From Cryomorpha ignava (GTDB lineage: Bacteria > Bacteroidota > Bacteroidia > Flavobacteriales_F > PHOS-HE28): 64,000 nucleotides of DNA. The stretch is taken from assembly GCA_040391235.1 (NCBI GenBank), contig JBEBYG010000019.1:4491-68490 (forward strand), given 5' to 3'. Shown here one piece after another: positions 10,865-20,332 of this stretch (position 1 is the first letter of the stretch; every line of letters starts with the position of its first letter). The notes beneath the pieces are model-generated. The model worked only from the letters and a program-made list of their open reading frames with translations. It was not told the origin of the DNA and ran no database searches. The translations under genes were made by a program, and so were the position numbers.

Positions 10865-12946
10865 TCACTCCTTGGTGAACTTCGCCACCCGCATACCATC
10901 CGCCTGTTGAATGCGGACGAAATACATTCCGCTTGGGAGCGTGGCCAGATCCAGGTTCCACTGTGCAGGACCTGCAGCGCTGGTTCCCTGAGCGATCTGT
11001 TGGACCGGACGACCTAGCAGATCGACCAATTCAACCTTCACCGGACCGGCAACCGCCAAGTTCGTGGATACCACGGCATGATCCTTGGCCGGGTTCGGAA
11101 CCACGAGGATGTTGTTCCCACTGGATGCTACCACCTCATCAATTCCCACGGATGCACCATTGATGTTGATGTCGTCCAACCAGAGGTTGTTACCACCATC
11201 GCTTTCAAAAACGAACTTGAAGCGCAGGTTGGTCACTTCGAACAGCCCACTGATCGGGGCGGATTCGTTGTACCCCCATTGATCGGGCCCATTTGGAGTG
11301 AATGAGGCTCCCGTGTTCCCCGCGGTAGCCAAGCTGCTTCCGATCAAAGCACGGCGCAAGCTCCACGTCTGTCCGCAATCCCTGCTGGCATAGACACGCA
11401 GCGCATCGTTATTACTGCTGGTCCGCTTGGCATATGCATACCTGAAGCTGATCACGGCCGGTGCGTCCATGGTGATATCCACCGTGTTGCTGATCAACTC
11501 AAATTTGCGACCTGCATTGGCGACGGAATTGGGTACCATTATACTGTGCGAACCGCTGAACGCAGCGGAGCTGCTGAGCATGAAGCCGGCACTACCCTCG
11601 CTATTATCCACTTCCCAATTAGCTGTAGGAAGCTGGTTCACGTCCTCGAAGCCTTCGATCACCGGTAGAGGCATTCCTGTTGTGGGAAGTACCGTTATGT
11701 ATTGTTGCTCGGTCACCGCTTCACTATCGGAACTGTTGCTCACCGTAAGGCTTACGTTGTACTGGCCGGGCGTATCATAGGTAACCACGGGGTTGGTTGA
11801 GGTGGAATTGGCCGGGCTGCCTCCATCGAAAGCCCAGGACCGCTGCGTAACGCCATTGAAGCTCGCATCGGTAAAGGTGACACTCTGGCCAGCGCAGATG
11901 GTGCGCTGGCTGCTGTTGAACTCCACGCTACAGATCTGCGGAGCCACGGTGAGACCGGTGGCTATCAAATTCGAAACAGTCCAAAGGTTGTTACGGGATG
12001 CCGTGCTGCTGTTCAGCGCGGCGTGTACCCTGTTCTTTTGGCCCTCGGTGAACATCTTCGAGCAATAGGAATACTCCATGAAGTTCTCCACGTTATCCAG
12101 GGATCCGCAGCTTTCGCCGCGCAGATTGCAACTGGTCCAACCCTTGGTCAAGGGCGTATCGGAAACACCGTCGTCCTCATTGCAGTTGGATGCCAACCCT
12201 GGATCATTCGAGTTGCCCCAGCAATGCATCAAATTCAGCCAGTGGCCTGCCTCATGGCTCAATGTGTGTGACCGATCCATGTTGCTCGTGCCAATGGCAC
12301 CCACGTAAGTGCTCAATACCACGATCCCATCGGCTGCCACACCCCATCCGCTCGCAACAGTGCCAGGATACATGGAGTAACCAGCAGCACCTTGGGCATT
12401 TGCAGCCACCCAGATATTCAAGTAGCGGTTCCTAGGCCAATTGATCAGGTTCTTCATGTTCTGATCACCGGAGTTCGTCAAGGAACTCACCGTGCGGGTG
12501 ATGCCATTGGTGCAATTCCCGTTCGGGTCCAGCTGTGCTAACTTGAAGGTGACTCCCATATCAGCTACAATATCCACGAATTCCGGCTGCACAGAGCTCC
12601 AGTTCGGGGTCAGCTTATTGAAGTCTTCGTTCATCACCCGTATGGCATCATGCACTTGCTCATTGCTGATGTTCTCCGGACCATTGATATGGATGATGTG
12701 GAACACCACTGGGATCACATAGCCCTCCCCATCGCGCGAAGCATCCCCTTCCCAGGTCTTGGTATATTGCTCCAGCTCCGCTGTAGCTTGAGCGATCTCT
12801 TGCAGCCGTTCCGGGTGTTCGCTGATCAATGTCCCCATCCGGTCCAACTCATTGGCGCCACAATGGAAATCAGCTTCCTGGGCATGGACCAGCACAGGAG
12901 ATACAAGGAGGATGGCCGCCAGTAGACGGAGTGTTCTTAGGAGCAT
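10865..12946 (-). CDS. M43 (pappalysin/ulilysin-like) zinc metalloprotease with PKD domain and T9SS CTD
   Basis: HEAGHWLNLMH zinc motif, NFMEYS Met-turn, IPVVFH, PKD (WAFDGG..YDTPGQY), C-terminal VPNPA...GMYFV sorting domain. Confidence 0.92.
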   Translation of the reverse strand: MLLRTLRLLAAILLVSPVLVHAQEADFHCGANELDRMGTLISEHPERLQEIAQATAELEQYTKTWEGDASRDGEGYVIPVVFHIIHINGPENISNEQVHDAIRVMNEDFNKLTPNWSSVQPEFVDIVADMGVTFKLAQLDPNGNCTNGITRTVSSLTNSGDQNMKNLINWPRNRYLNIWVAANAQGAAGYSMYPGTVASGWGVAADGIVVLSTYVGAIGTSNMDRSHTLSHEAGHWLNLMHCWGNSNDPGLASNCNEDDGVSDTPLTKGWTSCNLRGESCGSLDNVENFMEYSYCSKMFTEGQKNRVHAALNSSTASRNNLWTVSNLIATGLTVAPQICSVEFNSSQRTICAGQSVTFTDASFNGVTQRSWAFDGGSPANSTSTNPVVTYDTPGQYNVSLTVSNSSDSEAVTEQQYITVLPTTGMPLPVIEGFEDVNQLPTANWEVDNSEGSAGFMLSSSAAFSGSHSIMVPNSVANAGRKFELISNTVDITMDAPAVISFRYAYAKRTSSNNDALRVYASRDCGQTWSLRRALIGSSLATAGNTGASFTPNGPDQWGYNESAPISGLFEVTNLRFKFVFESDGGNNLWLDDININGASVGIDEVVASSGNNILVVPNPAKDHAVVSTNLAVAGPVKVELVDLLGRPVQQIAQGTSAAGPAQWNLDLATLPSGMYFVRIQQADGMRVAKFTKE

Positions 12947-13057
12947 GTTGGGCAACTTTTCGGGTAATGATATTCAATCAAATCTAATCAAGGACCGGTT
13001 TGTTGGATGTGCCAAGCGTGACACTACTCTTGGGTTCCAAGCAGCCGATCGCGAAGA

Positions 13058-14197
13058 TCAGCCCAAAGCTTGTGCCAGATCATCGAGCAGGTCTTCCGGG
13101 TCCTCAACACCCACGCTAAGCCGGATAAGGGAGTCGGTAACACCGGAGACCATACGCACTTCGCGAGGGATGCTGGCATGGGTCATGGTGGCGGGGTGAC
13201 CCATCAGGGATTCCACGCCCCCCAAGGATTCGGCCAAGGTGAAGAGCTTGCAGCTGCTGAGGAATTTCATGGCATCCTCCGCTCTGTCACCTTTGATGGT
13301 GAAGCTCATCATGCCGCCAAAGTCACGCATCTGCCGTTTTGCCACATCGTAGCTGCGCTGGTCCTTAAAACCGGGCCAGTAAACGTTCCCGACCTTGGGG
13401 TGCTTCACCAGCCACTCCGCAATGGCGCGTCCGTTGCTGCAGTGACGCTCCATGCGCAAGTGCAGGGTCTTCAGGCCACGCAGCACCAAAAAGCAATCCT
13501 GGGGACCGGGTGTGCCACCACAGCTGTTCTGAATAAATGCCAAACGCTCGGCCAAGGCATCATCATTCACCACCAAGGCACCCATCACCACATCACTGTG
13601 ACCGCCCAGGAACTTGGTCACTGAGTGCATCACGATGTCCGCTCCCATATCCATCGGATTCTGGAGGTAGGGTGAAGCAAACGTGTTGTCTACGGCAAGG
13701 AGGATATCCTTCCCTTTCGTGAGCATGGCAATGGCTTCAATGTCCACGACCCGCAACATGGGATTCGTAGGCGTTTCCACCCACACCAGCTTGGTCTTAG
13801 GCGTGATAGCCGCAGCCACATTGCTTGGATCACCCATGTCCACGAAAGTGAACTTGATCCCATAGGGTGCGAAGATCTTCGTGAAAAGGCGGTAACTGCC
13901 GCCATAGAGGTCGTTGGTGCTCACCACTTCATCCCCCGGCAACAGCAACTTCACTACGGCATCAATGCTGGCCATGCCGGAGGCAAAGCACAAGCCATGC
14001 TTCCCGTTCTCCAGCGCCGCCAACGCGTTCTGCAAGGCCGTGCGGGTCGGGTTGTGTGTGCGGCTGTATTCATAGCCTTTGTGCACTCCGGGGGCCGACT
14101 GCACATAGGTGCTGGTCTGGAAGATCGGGGTCATGATGGCACCGGTGGAAGCATCGGGTTCCACTCCGGCGTGTACGGCCTTGGTCGAGAATTTCAT
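13058..14197 (-). CDS. Cystathionine gamma-synthase/gamma-lyase (PLP trans-sulfuration enzyme)
   Basis: YSRTHNPT, ETPTNP, DNTF, SVTKFLGGHSD and SLGGVESL motifs. Confidence 0.95.
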   Translation of the reverse strand: MKFSTKAVHAGVEPDASTGAIMTPIFQTSTYVQSAPGVHKGYEYSRTHNPTRTALQNALAALENGKHGLCFASGMASIDAVVKLLLPGDEVVSTNDLYGGSYRLFTKIFAPYGIKFTFVDMGDPSNVAAAITPKTKLVWVETPTNPMLRVVDIEAIAMLTKGKDILLAVDNTFASPYLQNPMDMGADIVMHSVTKFLGGHSDVVMGALVVNDDALAERLAFIQNSCGGTPGPQDCFLVLRGLKTLHLRMERHCSNGRAIAEWLVKHPKVGNVYWPGFKDQRSYDVAKRQMRDFGGMMSFTIKGDRAEDAMKFLSSCKLFTLAESLGGVESLMGHPATMTHASIPREVRMVSGVTDSLIRLSVGVEDPEDLLDDLAQALG

Positions 14198-14343
14198 TGG
14201 CAGGGTATTCAAATGGGCCGCTAAGGTACCGGAGGTGGTGAGGGAGCTCGATCCATGCCATCCCCTCGATCATGGCTATTTTTAGCGCTTCGCCCGGAAT
14301 TGTATGAGCCCGTGCCATCACCCACTTACCAGGGTTTGGGCCA

Positions 14344-16653
14344 ATGCCAACAGACAGAACAATGAATCCACGAAACATCGCCCTTCTACCCCCGGACAAG
14401 CACACTGGCCTCAGGCTCTCTGAGCGAAAGCACCGCGCCGCTGGTATTCCTGCGGTGATAGAGTCGCTGGCCCACATCCGCGAAGAGACCGGGGTACTCG
14501 ATGGTATCAAGATCTTGAACAAGCTGAACCAGAAGGATGGCTTCGACTGCCCCAGTTGCGCATGGCCCGACCCACACCACCGCAGCAAGCTCGGCGAATA
14601 CTGCGAGAACGGCGCAAAGGCCGTAGCGGAAGAAACCACCACCAAGCGGGTGGACAGGGCCTTCTTCGCGAAGCATGGAATAGAGGAGATGAGCCATTGG
14701 AGCGACTATGAGCTGGGAAAGAGCGGGCGGATCACCGAGCCGTTCATCCTGCGCAAGGGAAGCGACCATTATGAGCCCATCGGTTGGGATGCGGCCTACG
14801 AGAAGATCGCGAAGCACCTCAACGGACTGGCCTCGCCGGACGAAGGCATCTTCTATACCAGCGGTCGGGCCAGCAACGAGGCGGCATACCTCTACCAGCT
14901 CTTCGTGCGGCTGTTCGGCACCAACAACCTACCGGATTGCAGCAACATGTGCCACGAAAGCAGCGGCACCGGCTTGGGCGAGACCATCGGCATCGGCAAA
15001 GGCACCGTTTCACTGGATGACATTTATGAGGCAAAGGTGATCTTGCTGATGGGCCAGAACCCGGGCACGAACCATCCACGCATGTTGAGCGCCTTGAAGA
15101 AGTGCGTGGAGAACGGTGGTAAGATCGTGAATGTGAATCCCCTCCCGGAGGCGGGCTCGCTTGGTTTCATCGATCCCCAAAGCGTAACGAACGTGCTGAA
15201 GAACGGCACGGATTTCCATACCCTCCATGTAGGCTTGCGCATCAACACCGATGTGGCATTCCTGAAAGGCGTGATGCGGCTGCTGTTGGATAAGGAGGAT
15301 GCAGCTCCCGGTTCTGCATTTGATAAGGCATTCATCGGGGAAAAGACAATTGGCTTCGACGCCTTCATCGCCGACCTGCGGAACACCGATGTGCAGGCCA
15401 TGGCGGAGATCTGTGGCATTCCATTCAACCAATTGCAACAGGTAGCTGACCTGGCGGCATCCACGGACCGCATCATTATTTGCTGGGCCATGGGTCTTAC
15501 ACAACACGTGAACGCAGTGGCGAACATCCACCAAGTGGTGAACCTCCTATTACTCCGTGGCGCATTCGGAAAGCCGGGTGCGGGCGCCTGCCCAGTGCGC
15601 GGGCACAGCAACGTGCAGGGCGATCGAACGATGGGCATTTTTGAAAAGCCGAGCAGCTCATTCCTGGATGCCTTGGATAACCGCTACGGTTTCAAGTCGC
15701 CGCGTGAGAATGGTACTGATGTAGTGGCTTCCATCGAATCGATGCGTGATGGCAAAGGCAAGGTATTCTTTGCCCTCGGCGGCAACTTTATCAGTGCCAC
15801 ACCGGACAGTGAAGTGACGGCCCGCGCGTTGATGAACTGTGAGCTAACCGTGCAAGTGAGCACCAAGCTCAACCGCAGCCACGTGATCACCGGCGAGGAA
15901 GCGATCATCCTGCCCTGCCTCGGTCGCAGTGAGCGGGACGTGCAGGACGGGAAGGTCCAGTTCGTTACCGTGGAGGACAGCATGAGCGTGGTACACCGCT
16001 CCCAGGGATCACACGAGCCCGCGAGTGAACAGCTACGAAGCGAGCCCGCCATCGTGTGCCAGCTTGCCGCGGCCACATTTGGGAGCAAGTTCAGCGTGGA
16101 TTGGCCGGCCATGGAGAAGCGCTACGACCTAATCCGGGAAGAAGTGCAGGCGGTGATACCGGGCTTTGATGATTACAACCGCCGCGTGCGCCAGCCCGAA
16201 GGCTTTGTATTGCCGAACGGGCCACGCGATGGAGCCAACTTTACCACGGAAAGCGGCAAGGCGCATTTCATGGTGGACCAAGCACCCCATTGGAAATTGG
16301 ACGAGGGAGAGTACCTGATGATGACCATCCGCACGCACGACCAGTTCAATACCACCATCTACGGCTTGGAAGATCGCTATCGCGGGATCCACGGTGAGCG
16401 TCGCGTGGTGTTGATGCACGCGGACGACATGGCGCAAGAAGGACTCGCGTCCCGGGACCGTGTGGACCTCGTGAGCGAGCACGGACGCGAGCGAGTGGCC
16501 ACCGACTTCTTCGTTATCCCGTATGACATCGCGCGCGGTTGCGTGGCCACCTATTTCCCCGAAGCCAATGTGCTCGTGCCGCTGGAGCTGAAAGCGGAGC
16601 GGAGCGGAACTCCGGCGAGCAAAAGCGTAGTGATCAAACTACGCAAGCGATAG
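14344..16653 (+). CDS. FdhF/YdeP family molybdopterin oxidoreductase
   Basis: GFDCPSCAWP, YTSGRASNE, NNLPDCSNMCHE, PVRGHSNVQG and TPASKS motifs. Confidence 0.95.
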   Translation: MPTDRTMNPRNIALLPPDKHTGLRLSERKHRAAGIPAVIESLAHIREETGVLDGIKILNKLNQKDGFDCPSCAWPDPHHRSKLGEYCENGAKAVAEETTTKRVDRAFFAKHGIEEMSHWSDYELGKSGRITEPFILRKGSDHYEPIGWDAAYEKIAKHLNGLASPDEGIFYTSGRASNEAAYLYQLFVRLFGTNNLPDCSNMCHESSGTGLGETIGIGKGTVSLDDIYEAKVILLMGQNPGTNHPRMLSALKKCVENGGKIVNVNPLPEAGSLGFIDPQSVTNVLKNGTDFHTLHVGLRINTDVAFLKGVMRLLLDKEDAAPGSAFDKAFIGEKTIGFDAFIADLRNTDVQAMAEICGIPFNQLQQVADLAASTDRIIICWAMGLTQHVNAVANIHQVVNLLLLRGAFGKPGAGACPVRGHSNVQGDRTMGIFEKPSSSFLDALDNRYGFKSPRENGTDVVASIESMRDGKGKVFFALGGNFISATPDSEVTARALMNCELTVQVSTKLNRSHVITGEEAIILPCLGRSERDVQDGKVQFVTVEDSMSVVHRSQGSHEPASEQLRSEPAIVCQLAAATFGSKFSVDWPAMEKRYDLIREEVQAVIPGFDDYNRRVRQPEGFVLPNGPRDGANFTTESGKAHFMVDQAPHWKLDEGEYLMMTIRTHDQFNTTIYGLEDRYRGIHGERRVVLMHADDMAQEGLASRDRVDLVSEHGRERVATDFFVIPYDIARGCVATYFPEANVLVPLELKAERSGTPASKSVVIKLRKR

Positions 16654-16801
16654 CTGCCTTATCCCCTTTCCTTCCATAGGGTCGCTCGTGCCAGCAGCAT
16701 GCAGGAGCGTTTTTGCCCTGCTTTTTCACCAAGTAGCGCGTTCACACTTGCTCAATTGCTCCATGAACACACCATCCATATTTGCAGCCATATTCACTCC
16801 T

Positions 16802-16831
16802 TGTTCATCTTTATTTTTGTTTTCATGAACA
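16802..16831. promoter_or_regulatory. TGTTCA-N18-TGAACA inverted repeat, candidate CarH/LitR operator
   Basis: Inverted hexamers just downstream of a CATATTTG -7-like element, with a further TGAACA at 16764; CarH operators contain TnnACA units. The assignment is inference. Confidence 0.35.
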
Positions 16832-16879
16832 CTCCGGATCTTGATGTGTTAGGTTTGCAGTCCCTAACACACCCAACAC

Positions 16880-19300
16880 ATGAAACTCAAGAACACTTTC
16901 TTCGCGGCCCTCGGGCTTGCCTTATGCACACCCGCTTGGGCGGGAGGGGGGCAGACCGCCTCTGTGCAGATCATCCACAATTGCGCTGATGCTGCCGCTG
17001 CTCAAGTGGACGTCTGGCTCAATGGAGACCTCCTGTTGGACAACTTCGAGTTCCGGACAGCAACACCGTTCGTTACAGCACCTGCGGGAGTGCCTTTGAC
17101 GGTGGGGATAGCTCCTGCCAATAGCACCACCGCCGCTGATGCGCTCTTCGAACAGACCTTCACCTTGGCGGCGGATGCGAAATACATCATTGTAGCATCC
17201 GGCATTGTGAGTCCTACCGGATATAGCCCTGCACAACCCTTCCAACTTGCCGTATACGATATGGCCCAAGAAAGTGCACCCAGCGGATTTACGGACGTGC
17301 TGGTCTACCATGGTAGCAATGATGCACCCACGGTGGATGTGTTCGAAAGCGGCGTTTTGAACGCTACGGCCGTGAACGACATCTCTTACGGTGAGTTCGC
17401 CGGCTATCTCTCGCTACCCACGAATGATTACACCCTCCAAGTGCGCGATGCCGCCAACAGCACCATCGTTGCCGCGTACGCTGCGCCTCTCGCCACATTG
17501 GGCCTCGACGGCGCTGCCCTTACCGTGCTTGCCAGCGGCTTCTTGAATCCTGCTGCAAATAGCAATGGTCCTGCCTTCGGGCTGTATGTGGCCTTGACTT
17601 CCGGCGGATCCCTGATCCCCCTGCCTGCAGCGGCCATTCCTACGGCACGTGTACAAGTGGTGCACAACTGCGCTGATCTAGCCGCCGCTTCGGTGGATGT
17701 GTGGGTGAACAACACCTTGCTTTTGGACAACTTCGCATTCCGTACCGCAAGCCCCTTCGTGGATGTGCAGGCAGGCGTGCCTTTCGTAGTGAGCATCGCA
17801 GCACCTACCAGCACCGATACTGTGGGCGCAATTGCACACTACACCTTGAACTTGGAAGAAGGTGGCAGCTACCAAGTGGTCGCTACCGGCATCGTGAGCG
17901 GTACCGGCTATAGCCCGGCCCAACCCTTTGCGCTGGCTGTGTATGACATGGCGCGCGAAGCCGCTGTTGGTGGACCATCCACTACGGACGTGTTGGTATA
18001 CCATGGCAGCACCGATGCTCCCACTGTGGATGTTCATGAAAGCGGCGCGTTGGATGTTACCGCCGTGAATGACATTTCATACGGCGAATTCGCTGGCTAC
18101 TTGGAACTGCCAACAGCTAACTACACCCTTCAGGTTCGTGATGGAGCCAATAGCACGATCGTTGCCGCCTATGCAGCTCCCTTGAGCACCTTAGGCTTGG
18201 GTGGCGCGGCCATCACCGTATTCGCAAGCGGCTTTCTGAACCCTGCGGACAACAGCAATGGACCGGCCTTCGGCCTCTACGTGTCCTTGGCTTCCGGCGG
18301 ACCCTTGGTTCCGCTTCCATCCGCAGCCATTCCAACGGCACGTGTGCAGGTGGTACATAACGCAGCCGACCTGGCAGCAGCTTCCGTGGATGTTTGGTTG
18401 AACAACACCTTGCTCCTTGACAACTTCGCGTTCCGCACCGCTAGCCCGTTCGTTGATGCACAGGCCGGCGTGCCTTTCGTAGTAAGCATTGCCGCACCCA
18501 CCAGCACCGACACTGTGGGCGCGATCGCTCATTACACCTATACGCTTGAGGAAGGCGGTAGCTATATCCTTGTTGCCAACGGTATCGTGAGTGCAACTGG
18601 CTACGCTCCGGTAAAGCCGTTCGACATCTATGTAACCAACGGTGCACGCGAAGTTGCCAGCAACCCCGACCAAACGGACATCCTCGTGTTCCACGGGGCA
18701 ACGGATGCTCCTACTGTTGATGTAGCTGAGACAGCAGTACTTGGCGGCGCCACCTTGGTGGATGATCTCTCCTATGGCGAATTTGCCGGATATCTTGAAG
18801 TGCCAACGGCTGACTACGTATTAGAGGTTCGCACTGCCGATGGTACCCCGCTGGTCTCCTATGATGCTCCGTTGGCCACCTTGGGGCTGAGCGGACAGGC
18901 TATTACCGTATTCGCAAGTGGATTCCTCAACCCATCCGCCAATAGCAACGGCCCCTCATTCGGCCTGTGGGCTTCCTTGGCAACAGGTGGTCCCTTGGTG
19001 CCCCTCTCCATTGCCACTGGCGTGGTTGAAACCGCCAAGGTGGCCGAGCTGATCAGCCTTTATCCGAACCCGGCTAACAGCACGGCACAGTTGGAGATCC
19101 GAGGTGCGAAGAGCCAGCGCATGAACCTGCAAGTAGCCGATGTGGCTGGACGCAAGGTGCTGGACCTGGGCACTTACGAGACCGCACTGAATGGCAATTC
19201 ATTGGAGTTGAACGTAAGCAACTTGGCACCCGGCAGCTACCATTTGCTCCTCAGCACCCAAGATGCCGCCACTTCACTTCCTTTGCAAATTGTACGCTAA
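16880..19300 (+). CDS. DUF4397 multi-repeat secreted protein with T9SS CTD
   Basis: Three ~230-aa units, each with VQxxHN..ADxAA..VDVW and VxHGxxDAPTVDV domains; YPNPA CTD. Confidence 0.88.
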   Translation: MKLKNTFFAALGLALCTPAWAGGGQTASVQIIHNCADAAAAQVDVWLNGDLLLDNFEFRTATPFVTAPAGVPLTVGIAPANSTTAADALFEQTFTLAADAKYIIVASGIVSPTGYSPAQPFQLAVYDMAQESAPSGFTDVLVYHGSNDAPTVDVFESGVLNATAVNDISYGEFAGYLSLPTNDYTLQVRDAANSTIVAAYAAPLATLGLDGAALTVLASGFLNPAANSNGPAFGLYVALTSGGSLIPLPAAAIPTARVQVVHNCADLAAASVDVWVNNTLLLDNFAFRTASPFVDVQAGVPFVVSIAAPTSTDTVGAIAHYTLNLEEGGSYQVVATGIVSGTGYSPAQPFALAVYDMAREAAVGGPSTTDVLVYHGSTDAPTVDVHESGALDVTAVNDISYGEFAGYLELPTANYTLQVRDGANSTIVAAYAAPLSTLGLGGAAITVFASGFLNPADNSNGPAFGLYVSLASGGPLVPLPSAAIPTARVQVVHNAADLAAASVDVWLNNTLLLDNFAFRTASPFVDAQAGVPFVVSIAAPTSTDTVGAIAHYTYTLEEGGSYILVANGIVSATGYAPVKPFDIYVTNGAREVASNPDQTDILVFHGATDAPTVDVAETAVLGGATLVDDLSYGEFAGYLEVPTADYVLEVRTADGTPLVSYDAPLATLGLSGQAITVFASGFLNPSANSNGPSFGLWASLATGGPLVPLSIATGVVETAKVAELISLYPNPANSTAQLEIRGAKSQRMNLQVADVAGRKVLDLGTYETALNGNSLELNVSNLAPGSYHLLLSTQDAATSLPLQIVR

Positions 19301-19327
19301 GAAGAACAGCACATACCCTTAGTAGTG

Positions 19328-19359
19328 GGAAGAGGCGGTCGATCGGATCGCCTCTTCCT
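19328..19359 (+). terminator. Stem-loop after the DUF4397 gene
   Basis: GGAAGAGGCG...CGCCTCTTCC stem; weak U tail. Confidence 0.5.
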
Positions 19360-19382
19360 TCATTACATAAGACGCCATCCCT

Positions 19383-20303
19383 ATGCCAACTCAACACACC
19401 TACTTCAGTGAACGATTCAGCATCAAGGACCTGGAGCTTTTCTCTGGGATCAAGGCCCACACCATCCGGGCATGGGAGCGGCGCCATGGCCTCTTGAAGC
19501 CGTCCCGGAGTGATACCAACATCCGGTCGTACGACATGGATGACCTGAGGACGATCCTCAATACATCCCTATTGCTGAAGGAAGGCATGTCCATCTCCCA
19601 AGTAGCTGCTCTTACGGAACAGCAACGCGACGAGAAGATCAAGTCAGGGATCGGCACCAAGTGGGGAAAGGACGAAGCCTTGAACGCCTTGAAGATGGCC
19701 ACCGTAACCTACGACGAGGACCTGTTCGAGACCACGTCGCGCAACTATCGCGTGGATCATGGATTCGAGGCTTTGGTGGAGAATCTCTATCTGCCCCTGT
19801 TGAACATGCTCGGTCTCTTGTGGCAAACTTCCACGATATGCCCAGCGCAAGAGCATTTCTCCAGCAACCTCGTGAGGCAAAAACTGGTGAGCGCCATCGA
19901 TGGCCTTCCTCAAGGAAGCAATGACCCGCGCCCCATGGCTGTGCTTTATCTGCCGGAGAATGAGATCCACGAATTGGGTCTGCTATACCTGCAATACCGC
20001 TTGCGACGCGAGGGGCGACGCAGCATCTACCTGGGTGAAAGCGTTCCGGTGGCGGATCTGGTCGGCCTAACAAAGCAGTGGAGCGGTGCCTTGGATATCT
20101 GTGCCATCCTCACCGTCTATCCGCAAGCCGGAGATGAGATCGACTACCTCAACCAATTGATGTCGCAGCTTCCGGATCCGGAGGTTCATTTTCATTTCTG
20201 CGGTCCTGTCTTGCAGGTCGTGCAATCCGGCAAACTTCCAGCGCGCGTCCGTGTTTATCCGGATATCCCGGCATTGATCAAAGCCGTGAACGCCGTCCGT
20301 TAG
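19383..20303 (+). CDS. MerR-family regulator with cobalamin-binding domain (CarH/LitR-like)
   Basis: MerR HTH (SGIKAHTIRAWERR), W-x9-EH (WQTSTICPAQEH) and E-x-H-x2-G (EIHELG) B12 motifs. Confidence 0.9.
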   Translation: MPTQHTYFSERFSIKDLELFSGIKAHTIRAWERRHGLLKPSRSDTNIRSYDMDDLRTILNTSLLLKEGMSISQVAALTEQQRDEKIKSGIGTKWGKDEALNALKMATVTYDEDLFETTSRNYRVDHGFEALVENLYLPLLNMLGLLWQTSTICPAQEHFSSNLVRQKLVSAIDGLPQGSNDPRPMAVLYLPENEIHELGLLYLQYRLRREGRRSIYLGESVPVADLVGLTKQWSGALDICAILTVYPQAGDEIDYLNQLMSQLPDPEVHFHFCGPVLQVVQSGKLPARVRVYPDIPALIKAVNAVR

Positions 20304-20332
20304 ACCTACCTTTCACACTTCATCCCAACTGT

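Noticed and set aside
14344-16653. Selenocysteine-containing formate dehydrogenase
   Set aside because: No in-frame TGA; the Cys motif (CSNMCHE) is YdeP-type.
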